Shown: piece after piece, positions 1 through 12,668 of the stretch
How positions within the stretch are numbered: the stretch's first letter is position 1
How the letters are laid out: every line of letters starts with the position of its first letter
NCBI RefSeq assembly: GCF_006345805.1
Contig: NC_043021.1
Location: forward strand, 27,156,001 to 27,220,000
Direction: 5' to 3'
Origin: Octopus sinensis
Taxonomy: Eukaryota
DNA length: 64,000 nt
Notes under the pieces: model-generated
The model's input: only the letters and a program-made list of their open reading frames with translations
Database searches by the model: none
What the model was told of the DNA's origin: nothing
Program-made: the position numbers and the translations under genes

Positions 1-1250
1 TGTGTTGGCTGAATGCTATTTTTCTGTTTTAAGGAATTTTTATCTGGGATCTGTGCAGGGCCATCCTTTTACGCAAACTATTTTTTGTTTGTCCTATGTA
101 TTGCTCTTGACACCCAGAGTAGGTTATTGTGTATATCAGGTTCTCCGAAACACATGTGAAGTTGCTTTTCACTGTAAACTGTTGTCCCTGTTTGAAGGAG
201 AACTCTGATCCCTCAATTAGATAATCGCATATCCCGCAATTGGGTCTTCCACATTTTTTTCATAGATTTAGGCTGTGTCTAGCTTTTTATGATCGTGTGT
301 GTTTGGAGGATTGTGTTCATTCTGTGGTCTTTTTTAGGAGGGGCATGTTTTGGAGGATGGTGTCGAAGGCTTCATTGTTGAGAGGATTGTGTGTGGAGAT
401 GTATGGCAAGGCTTTTGGTCGTAAATTTTTCTTTGATTTGGGATGTCTGAGTTCCTGGATGTTGAGTTGAAGGGCACGTTGAATGCATATGTCAATTAGT
501 GAAGGTGGGTAGTTCCTGGTGATGAGAGTATCTTTTAGTTCTTGTAGTCATGTGTCTCTGGTGTTTGCATTAGAAACTATAGTACATATCCTTTTTGCTA
601 GATTGAAGGGGATATTCATTCTGGTGTGTCTGGGGTGGCATGAATTGTATAACTTAGGAATACCGTAGAATTGGCTGGTTTTACTTGTGAAATTGGTCAT
701 AGAGTAATATTCTTTGTCTGTGAGCCCTTCTTTGTATGGGTTTAACATGGATTTTAGTTCCCTCATTATTTTTTGTTGACTGTAGTTTTGGGCCTTTTCA
801 TAATATGCTGTGTCTTCCAACATAGATAGTACTAAAGTAATGTAAAATGTCGTGTCCATTAAGACAACTGCACTCCCTTTATCGGCCTCTTTGATTGTTA
901 TTGTTTTATCTTGTTTTAATTTGTTCAACTCAGCCCATTCTTTTTTGCTGAAGTTTGGTTTGTGTTTTTGTTTGTGCATATGTTGATATGGGTAATTCGA
1001 GATGTGTTCGCAGAATGATCAATTGTTTTGATCTTACCTTTTGAGGGGGTGTAGTTACTCCTATTTCTGACCAACGATTCGTCCTCGTTGTATTTGTCGT
1101 ATAGCTCCTTAATAAGTCGTAATTTTCTACAGAATTCTGCGATGTCTTCTTTCATTTCATTGTAGTTGGGGTGTTGTGGGGTGGGTGTAAACTTGAGTCC
1201 TTTGGAAAGTATATTTATTGGTTTGCTGTTAGTTCATTGTGAGTTAGATT
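1..1250 (-). mobile_element. Penelope-like retroelement remnant (N-terminus, RT start, thumb, GIY-YIG) with RT core deleted
   Basis: Minus-strand motifs KGLKFTPTP (~1170-1200), IKEADKGSAVV..FYGIPKL, YNSCHPRHT..NIPFNLAKRICTI, and NLIYTITYSGCQEQYIGQTKNSLRKR (~50-140); stops and frameshifts present. Confidence 0.9.
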
Positions 1251-1251
1251 G

Positions 1252-1338
<87 letters not shown>

Positions 1339-1340
1339 TT

Positions 1341-1380
<40 letters not shown>

Positions 1381-1529
1381 GTTTTATTTAACAAGTTTTA
1401 ATTACTTGTTATTTCAGTCATTTAAAATCTTAGTTATGTATAACATGCATTTAATCTTGACTCTTTTTCTTTCTCAACAATATTGATATACAAAATTCGT
1501 ACTCACAGACGTTATGAAAATGATAACAA

Positions 1530-1850
1530 CCAAACTATGTTAAGTGATTTTCTCGTGTGAGTACAAACTGGGTCGCTCAGCCGCAGAAGCTCTACGGAAT
1601 TTCAAGCAGGCTTTTGGTAATGGTTTTGTTGGCATCAGAACTGTTCAGAGATGGTTCCAAAGCTCTTGTTCAGGAGATGGTAGAAAATCCGAGAACAAAG
1701 GTTCGAAAACTTTCATAACAACTCCAAACATTTCGCACAACTGTTTTTGGACACCTGTAAAAAATTGGAAATGTCAAGAAAGCGGGTAGGTTTGTTCCAC
1801 ATCAACTGAACAAGATTCAACAAAACTGCCCGTGCTTGTCTCCTCCGGCC
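1530..1850 (+). mobile_element. Mariner transposase N-terminal fragment (decayed)
   Basis: EYKLGRSAAEALRNFKQAFG..RTVQRWF HTH motif, then a FVPHQL variant of the WVPHEL motif near 1790. Confidence 0.8.
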
Positions 1851-2864
1851 TATTGACAAACAGTACTGGTGTGTTTACGTCCCCGTAACTCAGCGGTTCG
1901 GAAAAAGTGACCAATAAAATAAGGACAATGCTTAAAAAAATAACTGCGATCGATTCGTCCAAACTCTTCAAGGTGATGCTCCAACACAGCGCAGTCTAAT
2001 GACAGAAGAAAGTAAAGATAAAAAGAAATACATTTAGCTGTCGTGGCTCTGTAGTAAGAAACATGTTCCCTAATCCCATGGTCCCGGGCTCAGTCCCGCT
2101 GTGTGGCATCATGGGCAAGTGTCTTCTACTAAAGGTTTGGGCCAACCAAAGCCTTTTGAGTGCATTTGGTAGAAATGTGTGTATTTGTCTTTATGTCTGT
2201 GTTTGTCACCCGCTACTGGGACAGGATTTCGTAAACAACTCCAATAGCTTCCAGTTGTTTCAGTTAATATATTCCATTTTTAAAAATCTGCTTTGATATT
2301 TCCCACGCTGATCATTTCCATGCATGAGAATGTTTTCCCAGGTAAACTTGCACTTCATTTTAGATGCTCCGAGGAAACTACAAGGTAACGCACAACCACA
2401 CAGTTCTGAGTGCATGCATCTTACAGCAGAAACAATTGTAAGGCAATGAAGTAGATTACGTACTTCCTGTTCCCTTGTGATCTTTTTAATTTCATTTTAC
2501 GATCTGTAGTCCAAAGACGCTCTATTCTGAAGTATATGTATATTGGGTTAATGCTAGGTTATTAGAATCGCTATGCTTAAGCGAAATCGTAATATATACA
2601 TACATATATAAAACGGCAAGCCGCTAGAATCATTAGCATGCCGCGTGACACATGTAGCAACATTTCCATCGCCTTTTCGTTCTGAGTTGAAATTTCGACG
2701 GGGTTAACTTTGCTTTTCATCCTCTAGGGGCCTACAAAATAACACTGGGACTCAATGTAATCGACTGATCTTCTGCCCCTAGCTTTCTGTCCTTCTGCCA
2801 AAATTCGAAACCAACACACACGCGCGCGCACACACACACACACGCGCACACACACACACACACA

Positions 2865-2895
<31 letters not shown>

Positions 2896-3341
2896 TAAAG
2901 TAGGTTTTGTGTAACCACTCTTCAAAAAAAAACATTTCTCTTTTAACTGATATGACCGATAATCAATCAATTAATGTTGAATTAAATGCTATGTAATGTA
3001 TCTGCTTATGCAACACAAGTTATCGATTCTAACAGTTGCTGTCCTTTGTAATTGATATTGTTGATTCTTAGCGGTGTTCCATCACGAGAAAATTGTGCGG
3101 CAGGATGTTACTTTATGGTATCGACACAGGAAGGATAATATCAGAATTTCCGACTGAGATGTAAAAGGGAGAATGAATGAAGGAAGAACAAGAGGAAAAT
3201 TGAATCACATAGGGTGAAATAGAGTTGGCACTCCCTTGAATATGAATGAGAAAAATGTACGAAAAGTGAAATGAACTTTTGAAAGACGAAAGGGAAAATG
3301 AATGTGGAAAGGATGGAAGACAAAGTTGTTGTTGATAGGAT

Positions 3342-6300
3342 GAAGGGTCAAGTAGACCGACAGAAAGAATGAAGGGCAAAGGAGACCGACAGAAAGAATG
3401 AAGGGCCAAGGAGAACGACAGAAAGAAAGAAGGGCCAAGGAGACCAAAAGAAAGAAAAAAGGGCCAAGGAAACCGACAGAAAGAAAGAAGGGCCAAGGAG
3501 ACCGACAGAAAGAAGGAAGGGCCAAGGAGACCGACAGAAACAATGAAGGGCCAAGGAAATCGACAGAAAGTATGAAGGGCCAAGGAGACCGACAGAAATA
3601 ATGAAGGGCCAAGGAGACCGACAGAAAGAAAGAAGGGCAAAGGAGACCGACAGAAAGAAGAAAGGGCCAAGGAAACCGACAGAAAGAAAGAAGGGCCAAG
3701 GACACCGACAGAAAGAATGAAGGGCCAAGGAGACCGACAGAAAGAAAGAAGGGCCAAGGAGACCGACAGAAAGAAGGAAGGACCAAGGAGACCGACAGAA
3801 ACAAAGAAGGACCAAGGAGACCGACAGAAAGAAGGAAGGGCCAAGGAGACCGACAGAAAGAATGAAGGGGCAAGGAGACCGACAGAAAGAAAGAGGGGCC
3901 AAGGAGACCGACAGAAAGAATGAAGGGCCAAGGAGACCGACAGAAAGAAAGAAGGGCCAAGGAGACCGACAGAAAGAAAGAAGGGCCAAGGAGACCGACA
4001 GAAAGAAGGAAGGGCCAAGGAGACCGACAGAAAGAAGGAAGGGCCAAGGAGACCGACAGAAAGAATGAAGGGGCAAGGAGACCGACAGAAAGAAAAAAGG
4101 GCCAAGGAGACCGACAGAAAGAATGAAGGGCCAAGGAGACCGACAGAAAGAAAGAAGGGCCAAGGAGACCGACAGAAAGAAGGAAGGACCAAGGAGACCG
4201 ACAGAAAGGAGGAAGGACCAAGGAGACCGACAGAAAGAATGAAGGGCCAAGGAGACCGACAGAAAGAATGAAGGGCCAAGGAGACCGACAGAAAGAAAGA
4301 AGGGCCAAGGAGACCGACAGAAAGAAAGAAGGGCCAAGGAGACCGAGAGAAATAATGAAGGGCCAAGCAGACCGACAGAAAGAAAGAAGGGCCAAGGAGA
4401 CCGACAGAAAGAAAAAAGGGCCAAGGAGACCGAGAGAAAGAAAGAAGGGCCAAGGAGACCGACAGAAAGAAGGAAGGGCCAAGGAGACCGACAGAAAGAA
4501 GGAAGGGCCAAGGAGACCGACAGAAAGAATGAAGGGGCAAGGAGACCGACAGAAAGAAAAAAGGGCCAAGGAGACCGACAGAAAGAATGAAGGGCCAAGG
4601 AGACCGACAGAAAGAAAGAAGGGCCAAGGAGACCGACAGAAAGAAAGAAGGGCCAAGGAGACCGACAGAAATAATGAAGGGCCAAGCAGACCGACAGAAA
4701 GAAAGAAGGGCCAAGGAGACCGACAGAAAGAAAAAAGGGCCAAGGAGACCGAGAGAAAGAAAGAAGGGCCAAGGAGACCGACAGAAAGAATGAAGGGCCA
4801 AGTAGACCGACAGAAAGAAATAAGGGCCAAGGAGACCGACAGAAAGAAGGAAGGGCCAAGGAGACCGACAGAAAGAATGAAGGGCCAAGGAGACCGACAG
4901 AAAGAAGGAAGGGCCAAGGAGACCGACAGAAAGAATGAAGGGCCAAGGAGACCGACAGAAAGAAGGAAGGGCCAAGGAGACCGACAGAAAGAAAGAAGGC
5001 CCAAGGAGACCGACAGAAAGAAGGAAGGGCCAAGGAGACCGACAGAAAGAAGGAAGGGCCAAGGAAATCGACAGAAAGAATGAAGGGCCAAGAGGCCGAC
5101 AGAAAGAATGAAGGGCCAAGGAGACCGACAGAAAGAATGAAGGGCCAAAGAGACCCGCAGAAAGAAGGAAGTGCCAAGGAGACCGACAGAAAGAATGAAG
5201 GGCCAAGGAGACCGACAGAAAGAATGAAGGGCCAAGGAGACCGACAGAAATAATGAAGGGCCAAGGAGACCGACAGAAAGAATGAAGGGCCAAGGAGACC
5301 GACAGAAAGAATGAAGGGCCAAGGAGACCGACAGAAAGAATGAAGGGCCAAGGAGACCGACAGAAAGAATGAAGGGCCAAGGAGACCGACAGAAAGAATG
5401 AAGGGCCAAGGAGACCGACAGAAAGAACGAAGGACCAAGGAGACCGACAGAAAAATGAAGGGCCAAGGAGACCGACAGAAAGAAGGAAGGACCAAGGAGA
5501 CCGACAGAAAGAATGAAGGGCCAAGGAGACCGACAGAAAGAATGAAGGGCCAAGGAGACCGATAGAAAGAATGAAGGGCCAAGGAGACCGACAGGAAGAA
5601 TGAAGGGCCAAGTAGACCGACAGAAATAATGAAGGGCCAAGGAGACCGACAGAAAGAAGGAAGGGCCAAGGAGACCGACAGAAAGAATGAAGGGCCAAGG
5701 AGACCGACAGAAAGAATGAAGGGCCAAGGAGACCGACAGAAAGAATGAAGGGCCAAAAAGACCGACAGAAAGAAGGAAAGACCAAGGAGACCGACAGAAA
5801 AAATGAAGGGCCAAAGAGACCGACAGAAAGAATGAAGGGCCAAGGAGACCGACAGAAAGAAGGAAGGGCCAAGGAGACCGACAGAAAGAAGGAAGGGCCA
5901 AGGAGACCGACAGAAAGAAGGAAGGGACAAGGAGACCGACAGAAAGAATGAAGGGCCAAGGAGACCGACAGAAAGAAGGAAGGACCAAGGAGACCGACAG
6001 AAAGAAGGAAGGGCCTAGGAGACCGACAGAAAGAAGGAAGGACCAAGGAGACCGACAGAAAGAAGGAAGGGCCAAGGAGACCGACAGAAAGAAGGAAGGG
6101 CCAAGGAGACCGACAGAAAGAATGAAGGGCCAAGGAGACCGACAGAAAGAAGGAAGGGCCAAGGAGACCGACAGAAAGAATGAAGGGCCAAGGAGACCGA
6201 CAGAAAGAAGGAAGGGCCAAGGAGACCGACAGAAAGAAGGAAGGACCAAGGAGATCGACAGAAAGAAGGAGGGCCAAGGGGACCGAAAGAAAGAATGAAG

Positions 6301-6622
6301 GGCCAAGGAGACCGACAGAAATAAGGAAGGGCCAAGGAGACCGACAGAAAGAAGGAAGGACAAGGAGACCGACAGAAAGAAGGAAGGGCCAAGGAGACCA
6401 ACAGAAAGAAGGAAGGGCCAAGGAGACCGACAGAAAGAATGAAGGGCCAAGGAGACCGACAGAAAGAAGGAAGGACCAAGGAGACCGACAGAAAGAAGGA
6501 AGGGCCAAGGAGACCGACAGAAAGAAGGAAGGGCCAAGGAGACCGACAGAAAGAATGAAGGGCCAAGGAGACCGACAGAAAGAGTGAAGGGCCAAGGAGA
6601 CCGACAGAAAGAAGGAAGGACC
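3342..6622 (+). repeat. 29-bp tandem satellite, about 113 units, consensus GAAGGGCCAAGGAGACCGACAGAAAGAA(T/A/G)
   Basis: Direct reading; highly homogeneous units, occasional 28-bp GAAGGACC variants; runs into the N gap. Confidence 0.98.
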
Positions 6623-6722
6623 NNNNNNNNNNNNNNNNNNNNNNNNNNNNNNNNNNNNNNNNNNNNNNNNNNNNNNNNNNNNNNNNNNNNNNNNNNNNNN
6701 NNNNNNNNNNNNNNNNNNNNNN
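6623..6722. other. Assembly gap (100 N)
   Basis: N run directly after the satellite. Confidence 1.
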
Positions 6723-6862
6723 AAAGATTAAAGAAAAATTTAATCAAATACATACTTAATAATATTTTATACCTTCACTAACAAATTTTCATATCACCCA
6801 CCCTCCCTAACTAAATTCTATCTTCGTCTTTTCTGTATCTTTACTCCTTTCAAAGTTGATAA

Positions 6863-8205
6863 CGCAACGTAACAATTTTCAAAAAAAAATTTGTTTATTG
6901 TATTTTCTTTTCTGTTTATCAATCCATTTTTCTGCTGGTTCCAAAAATGAAATTATTTTTTGTGTAACATCAACAGCTAAAAAAATATGTCGACTTTCAA
7001 TGTTATTATATATTCAGTATTGTTATACTGTTCCGCTACTAAATGTATGTCTAATTTTCTCTTTCAGACCAATTACTAAGTTCTGCTACTTTCAGGATGG
7101 CTACTAGAGTATCTAAAAATTCTCCAGATACATTTTGCTATGTGTGTAGTTATTATATTAGAAAAAAGCAGGTATGACATAAGATCGTGAAAGGTGCTAA
7201 ATTGTGGATAGCGTACAGACTATTTCGGAATGTCTATGGGTGACCAGAACAAACCATGGGCCCCCACATGGGATATGTGGAAGCTGTTAGTCTACTCTAG
7301 ACTGATGGTTAAGAGGTACAGGAAGGTCAATGCTTTCTGCCATTCCAAGGGTATGGAGAGAGCCAAAGAACCATCACGATGACTTTTGTATGATCGATGT
7401 GACAAAGTACAGAAAAGTGAAAGGAAGAAAAGCTCTTCAGTATCCAGACATACCATCATCTAGAGCACCTGACAGTTTACGAGTATCACTACCACTAGAA
7501 AATATTTCATCTGAAGAGTCAACAAGTAGCAGCAGCCAAGAAATGGCGGAAGCTTTCGTACAATGAACGACTTCGGAGCCTCACTTTCCAAATCAGAGTG
7601 AGCTAGATGATTTAATCAGGGATCTGGGTCTTACTAAGTCAGGAGCTGAACTTTCATGAAGGTTGAAGGAATGGAATCTACTGGGGGGAGACTGCAAGTC
7701 ATCTGTGTACTGGAAACGCCATGAAGTGAGGATCATGGTGAGAGATTTTATCAGGACGTCGCAACTATGGAAAGAAGATACCAAGGACGATGGGATACTG
7801 CTATGATGGCAGATTATATATGGTCTCTAGTCAGAAGAGATGAAGGTATACACTCAGGAAAATCTCTATCGTCAAAGCACTTCTCATCTTAAGAAAAGAG
7901 TTATCAAGGCATTGACAGTGCAGAGTTTTATTGTTTCTTTTTGTTGTAACTAATATTATACTTCCTAAATACTTTTCAATAAATGAAAAATTACTAAATG
8001 TTGTGTAATTATCCTTACAATACTAGAATTGGTTGAACCAACAAAGTGCTGTAGAGAAAAGTTACAAATATAACAAGCAAATATGAAATTAGGAATAAAC
8101 TATCGATGTTACGTCAAAATGAATGTGATTTTTGAATTTAGAGGCAAAAAATGCATATATGAACATGAAAAAAATACAAATAAACAAAACATGCGTTACA
8201 TTGTG
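6863..8205 (+). mobile_element. Chapaev3-type (CMC) DNA transposon, internally deleted
   Basis: Transposase motifs GDQNKPWAPH, VWREPKNHHDD..YPDIPS, QSELDDLIRDLGLTK..LKEWNLL and HGERFYQDVATMERRYQGRW..MMADYIWSL. Imperfect TIRs CGCAACGTAAC / GTTACATTGTG, each flanked by TAA (3-bp TWA TSD is typical of Chapaev3). Confidence 0.88.
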
Positions 8206-8383
8206 TAATTAATTGAACCATATTGCTCTCATCGCATGGCACCTTGGGCAAGTGTCTTCTGCTATAGCTCTAAGCGAAGCAATACTTTCTGAATGAATCT
8301 GGTATATGGGTACCGTGTGGAAGCCTGCTACACACCACACACACACACACACACTTATATACGCATATATATGTATACACATA

Positions 8384-8611
8384 GGGCAGCGAGCAGGCAG
8401 AGTCGTCAGCACGCCGGGCGAAATGCTTAGCAGTATTTCGTCTGCCGCCACGTTCTGAGTTCAAATTCCGCCGAGGTCGACTTTGCCTTTCATCCTTTCG
8501 GGGTCGATTAAATAAGTACCAGCTACGCACAGGGGTCGATGTAATCGACTTAAACCCTTTGTCTGTCCTTGTTTATCCCCTCTATGTTTAGCTTCCTGTG
8601 GGCAATAAAGA
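8384..8611 (+). mobile_element. tRNA-derived SINE (family B) with 19-bp target-site duplication
   Basis: A-box/B-box (GAGTTCAAATTCC), central GTCGACTTTGCCTTTCATCCTTTCGGGGTCGAT block; ATATATATGTATACACATA at 8365-8383 and 8612-8630. Confidence 0.9.
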
Positions 8612-8663
8612 ATATATATGTATACACATATATATCATATATTATATATATATATATATATAT

Positions 8664-8716
<53 letters not shown>

Positions 8717-9080
8717 ATCCACGCATACATAACACACACACCATGTTATATATGCATGTATATATTTATATACACACACACAAACACATGTATCAAAACA
8801 AAGAGTGATACATACATACATACATACATACATAGAGGTGATGGATGTATGTTATTGTTCAGTTTTATTCCAAGATTTCTGGCCAATAGAACAGGAGCCA
8901 GTTTCTAACCAAATCTCCTTCATTTCAACATCAGCAACAGGATATTTTTATATTATGTATGTATGTATGTATGTATGTATGTATGTATGTATATGTATGT
9001 ATGTATTTGTATACGTGCAAATTTGTATGTTTTGTTTAATGTATATTTTCTCATGCATATATTTGCATATCTAGGCATGC

Positions 9081-9950
9081 TCATATATACTGAAATGATA
9101 ACTTCTGGAAAGTTTTACAGATTTTTACAGTTCCAGTGATGGCTTTGATCTGTAGTCCTTGAATCAACTTTCTCTTTTCTGGTTTTGAGACGCCTAATTT
9201 ATCAAGATTGGTATTTAGGCAGTGTTTTACATATCCCAGTGCCGCAATAATTACAGGTATAAACCTGAACTTGTTATCTGGATAGGGTAACTGCAGATTT
9301 CTCAATAGTTCCGCGTAGGTATTCCCTTTTTCACTGATCTTCAGCTTCATGTTAACATCCGTTGGGCAGCTGATTTCCACAACTGTGCATGGTTTCTCAT
9401 CTCTATCCCAAACCTTTATATCAAGACTATTGTGCTTAGATTTTATTGAGGTCTTCACTGGTACATTCCACCAGTACTCCTTTTTATTATGAGTGACTAT
9501 GGCTTCTACTATACTGTGGGTTTGTATTTCTTTTTCCTCGGGGTTGTCCTTCCGACGGGTTTCATTATATAGTGTCCTTGCCCCAACATCATGTCTAATC
9601 GGTAGATAATACCGTGATGACATTTTCGGGTGTATATGTATGTGTATCCGTCTTTTTCTCACTCTTTTTTTTTACAGTCCTTTACCACCGTTATAATCCG
9701 AACCTATAACATAGCATTTGCTGATCCGGACGACTGTCCAAATCGCTGATATCTTCAACCGTCCTTCAGTTTTTGTGATAGATTATTGAGGAACGAATTA
9801 CCCAACCTTCTTGTCAGCTGGACCATAAATGTTTCTGTAGCTTACACACATCTTTTGGGGAGTCACAAGTCACAAGCAGCTACTACGTGTGCTTATACGG
9901 GTACCAGTTATATCACCGGGTTGTTTGATATTGTGTTTGATCCTGGTTCA
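9081..9950 (-). mobile_element. R4/Dong-like non-LTR retrotransposon 3' fragment (restriction-like endonuclease)
   Basis: RHD..ARTLY, EYWWNVPVKT..KHNSLDIKVWD..VEISCP..EKGNTY, IPVIIAALG motifs in ORF 9081..9662. Confidence 0.85.
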
Positions 9951-10352
9951 GGAATTTTGCATTTTTTTGAGAATGTAGAATGTAGAAATACGCATGTAGA
10001 AATGTATATATGCTTGAGTGTATATATGTATCCCTCATGTATGTATGTATGTATGTATGTATGTATGTATGTATGTATGGACTCATGTATTACATATGCA
10101 TGGACATAGCTATGTAGTTAGAAGCTTGCTTCCCAACCACATGGTTCCGGGTTCAGTCCCACTGCATGGCACATTCACAGATAATCAGGGAAAGTACATT
10201 GATGACTAAATTTCAATTAAATATAACATTTGATCACTTGTTTTCTTTATTCAAAATTCGGACAGAACTTATGGGATGACCCGATATTATAGCCTGGGAC
10301 AACCAAAGCCTTGTGAGTGGATTTGGTAGACGGAGACTGAAAGGAGCCCGTC

Positions 10353-10423
<71 letters not shown>

Positions 10424-10499
10424 TGTGAGTGTATGTGCGTGTGAGTGTGTGTGTGTGTGTGTGTGTGAGTGTGTGTGTGTGTGTGTGTATCAACACCAT

Positions 10500-10885
10500 C
10501 GCTGTGTGGTAAGTAGCTTGCTTACCAACCAAATGGTTCCGGGTTCAGTCCCACTGCGTGGCACCTTGGGCAAGTGTCTTCTACTATAGCTTCGGGCCGA
10601 CCAAAGCCTTGTGAGTGGATTTGGTAGACGGAAACTGAAAGAAGCCTGTCGTGTAAATGTATATATAAGTATATGTTTGTGTGTCTGTGTTTGTCCCCCA
10701 GCATCGCTTGACAACCGATGGTGGTGTGTTTACGTCCCCGTAACTTAGCGGTTCGGCAAAAGAGACTGATAGAATAAGTACTAGGCTTACAAAGAATAAG
10801 TCTTGGTGTCGATTTGCTCGACTAAAGGCAGTGCTCCAGCATGGCCGCAGTCAAATGACTGAAACAAGTTAAAGAGTAAAAGAAT
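10500..10885 (+). mobile_element. tRNA-derived SINE family A (representative copy). Other copies or fragments at about 2035-2260+, 8210-8335-, 16876-17175+, 22830-23290-, 31301-31700+, 39195-39370+, 41620-41890-, 42130-42340-, 43237-43670+, 43670-43770-, 44890-45310+, 45535-45700-, 45745-46115+, 46570-46790+, 55590-55880+, 59975-60110+
   Basis: Recurrent A-box (TGGTAAG) and B-box (GGTTCAGTCCC), then CCTTGGGCAAGTGTCTTCTACTATAGC (CORE-like start), an internal microsatellite, and tail GGTGCTCCAGCATGGCCGCAGTCAAATGACTGAAAC. Confidence 0.92.
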
Positions 10886-12351
10886 GTGTGTGCAATTGCG
10901 AGTACGAATGAATGAATGAATGAATGAATGAATACCTGCATGCGTAATTGCATGCACAGGTGAGTGCACAAGCACATGCACACTCGTGCATCCACACAAT
11001 TCTAGTGCAATCCCTGCAACTGAAATCAGATACATTACCCGAACACACACACACACACACACACACACTCTCACGCGTGCGTGCATATATATTTACGTCC
11101 GCATATACACGTGCACACACACACACACACACACACACACAGGGCCTGCTCCCTGTGAAGGGAGTCGGGCTTCCTCTCTGCTATCAAAAATCAATCCGGC
11201 CCCTTTCAAGGATCTTCAGATCCTTCCACGGATCTCTCGGTTGAACTCGCTCCTTTCATAGATCCTGCACACACACACGCATGCACGCACGCACACACAC
11301 CTACACACACTGACGCACACATACATTCACACACACACATTAGTAACAACGTTTAAACCCCCCTCTTTTTCTGTCACTCTCTCTCTCTCTGTTTCTCTGT
11401 CTTTCTGTCTGTCTCTTTCTCTCACTCACTCACTCACTCACTCTCTCTTTCTCTCTCCCGCTCTCCTTCTTTCACTCTCTCTTTCTCTTTCTCTGACTAT
11501 CTGTCTTTCTGTCTGTCTGTCTCTTTCTTCTATCTCTCACTTTCACTTTCTTTTTCTCTCCCTCTCTCTCCCTCTATCTTCCTCTCTCTCACTCTCTCTC
11601 TTTCTGTCTCTCTTAGTTTCTCTTACTCTCTCTTTCTTTCTCTCTTTCTCTCTCACTCTCTTTGTCTCCCTTTCTGACTGTCTGTCTTCCTGTCTGTCTC
11701 TCTCTTTCTCTCTCTCCTTCTCTCTCTCTCTCTCTTTCCCCTCTCTGTCTGTATAAAATTTTGAAACTACAAAATCAGGTTAGAACCCCCCCCCTCCACC
11801 ACCACACTAAAATAAAAAAAAGAGAGAGAGAAAAAGAAGCCCAGCCAAAACCTGGCCGAGTGCGGTTTAAGTGCGCCAACTGCCGAGGTTAACGAGAGCG
11901 TGAGAACCAGGATGTTCTTGTTATTGTTATGGTTTTTTTTTTTTAACTTTAGATTGACGGCAAATTCTAAATATTGTTTTTGTTTCCTAAAAACTTTCGG
12001 AGATTTTTGCATTTCCTTTTTTCTTTCTTTGTTTCTTTTTTTGTTTTGTTTTAGTTCTTTTTTTTTCTCGATTGCCTCATTCAGTCTTTTTTTGGTTTTG
12101 TTTTTTTGGTTTTGTCATTTTTATAATTCTTAGCTTAGTTGGCAAAAACAGGCGATTTTCTACGGCGCAGACTTAGAATACACACACACACACAACACAC
12201 ACCACACACACACACACACACACATATTTATGCCGTCTGGGAGATATAGGATTCTTAAGGCATTTCAGTTCCTTGGCTCCTAAAAGAACATATACAGCGT
12301 GCTAAGCAACCAATCTCGCCCAATCTATCTATCTATCTATCTATCTATCTA

Positions 12352-12570
12352 TAGCTGGCAGAAACGTTAGCACGCGGGCGAAACTTAGCAGTATTTTCGT
12401 CTGCCGCTACGTTCCGAGTTCAAATTCCGCCGAGGTCGACTTTGCCTTTCATCCTTTCGGGTCGATAATTAAGTACCAGTTACGCACTGGGGTCGATGTA
12501 CGACTTAATCCCTTCGTCTGTCCTTGTTTATATCCCCTCTATGTTTAGCCCCTGTGGGTAGTAAGAAATA
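12352..12570 (+). mobile_element. SINE family B copy inside (ATCT)n. Further copies or fragments at about 2600-2780+, 25430-25545-, 25640-25765-, 33470-33585-, 59770-59890-, 63290-63420-, 63430-63550+
   Basis: Same head and central block as 8384-8611. Confidence 0.88.
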
Positions 12571-12604
12571 ATACTCTATCTATCTATGTATCTATCTACT
12601 TCTA

Positions 12605-12638
<34 letters not shown>

Positions 12639-12668
12639 CTATCTATCTCTATCTATCTATCTATCTAT

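Noticed and set aside
3342-6622. CRISPR array (repeat length 29 bp)
   Set aside because: No unique spacers, no cas genes, eukaryotic context.
3113-6753. Three 860-1182 aa minus-strand ORFs and Lys/Arg/Glu-rich plus ORFs
   Set aside because: They are translations of the 29-bp satellite. The T/C-rich strand lacks stop triplets and 29 is not a multiple of 3, so all frames give the same periodic peptide. No splice or start context.
10500-10570. tRNA genes at SINE heads (also 26433, 31301, 43237)
   Set aside because: A and B boxes are present, but there is no closed cloverleaf or acceptor stem and the sequence continues into SINE body.
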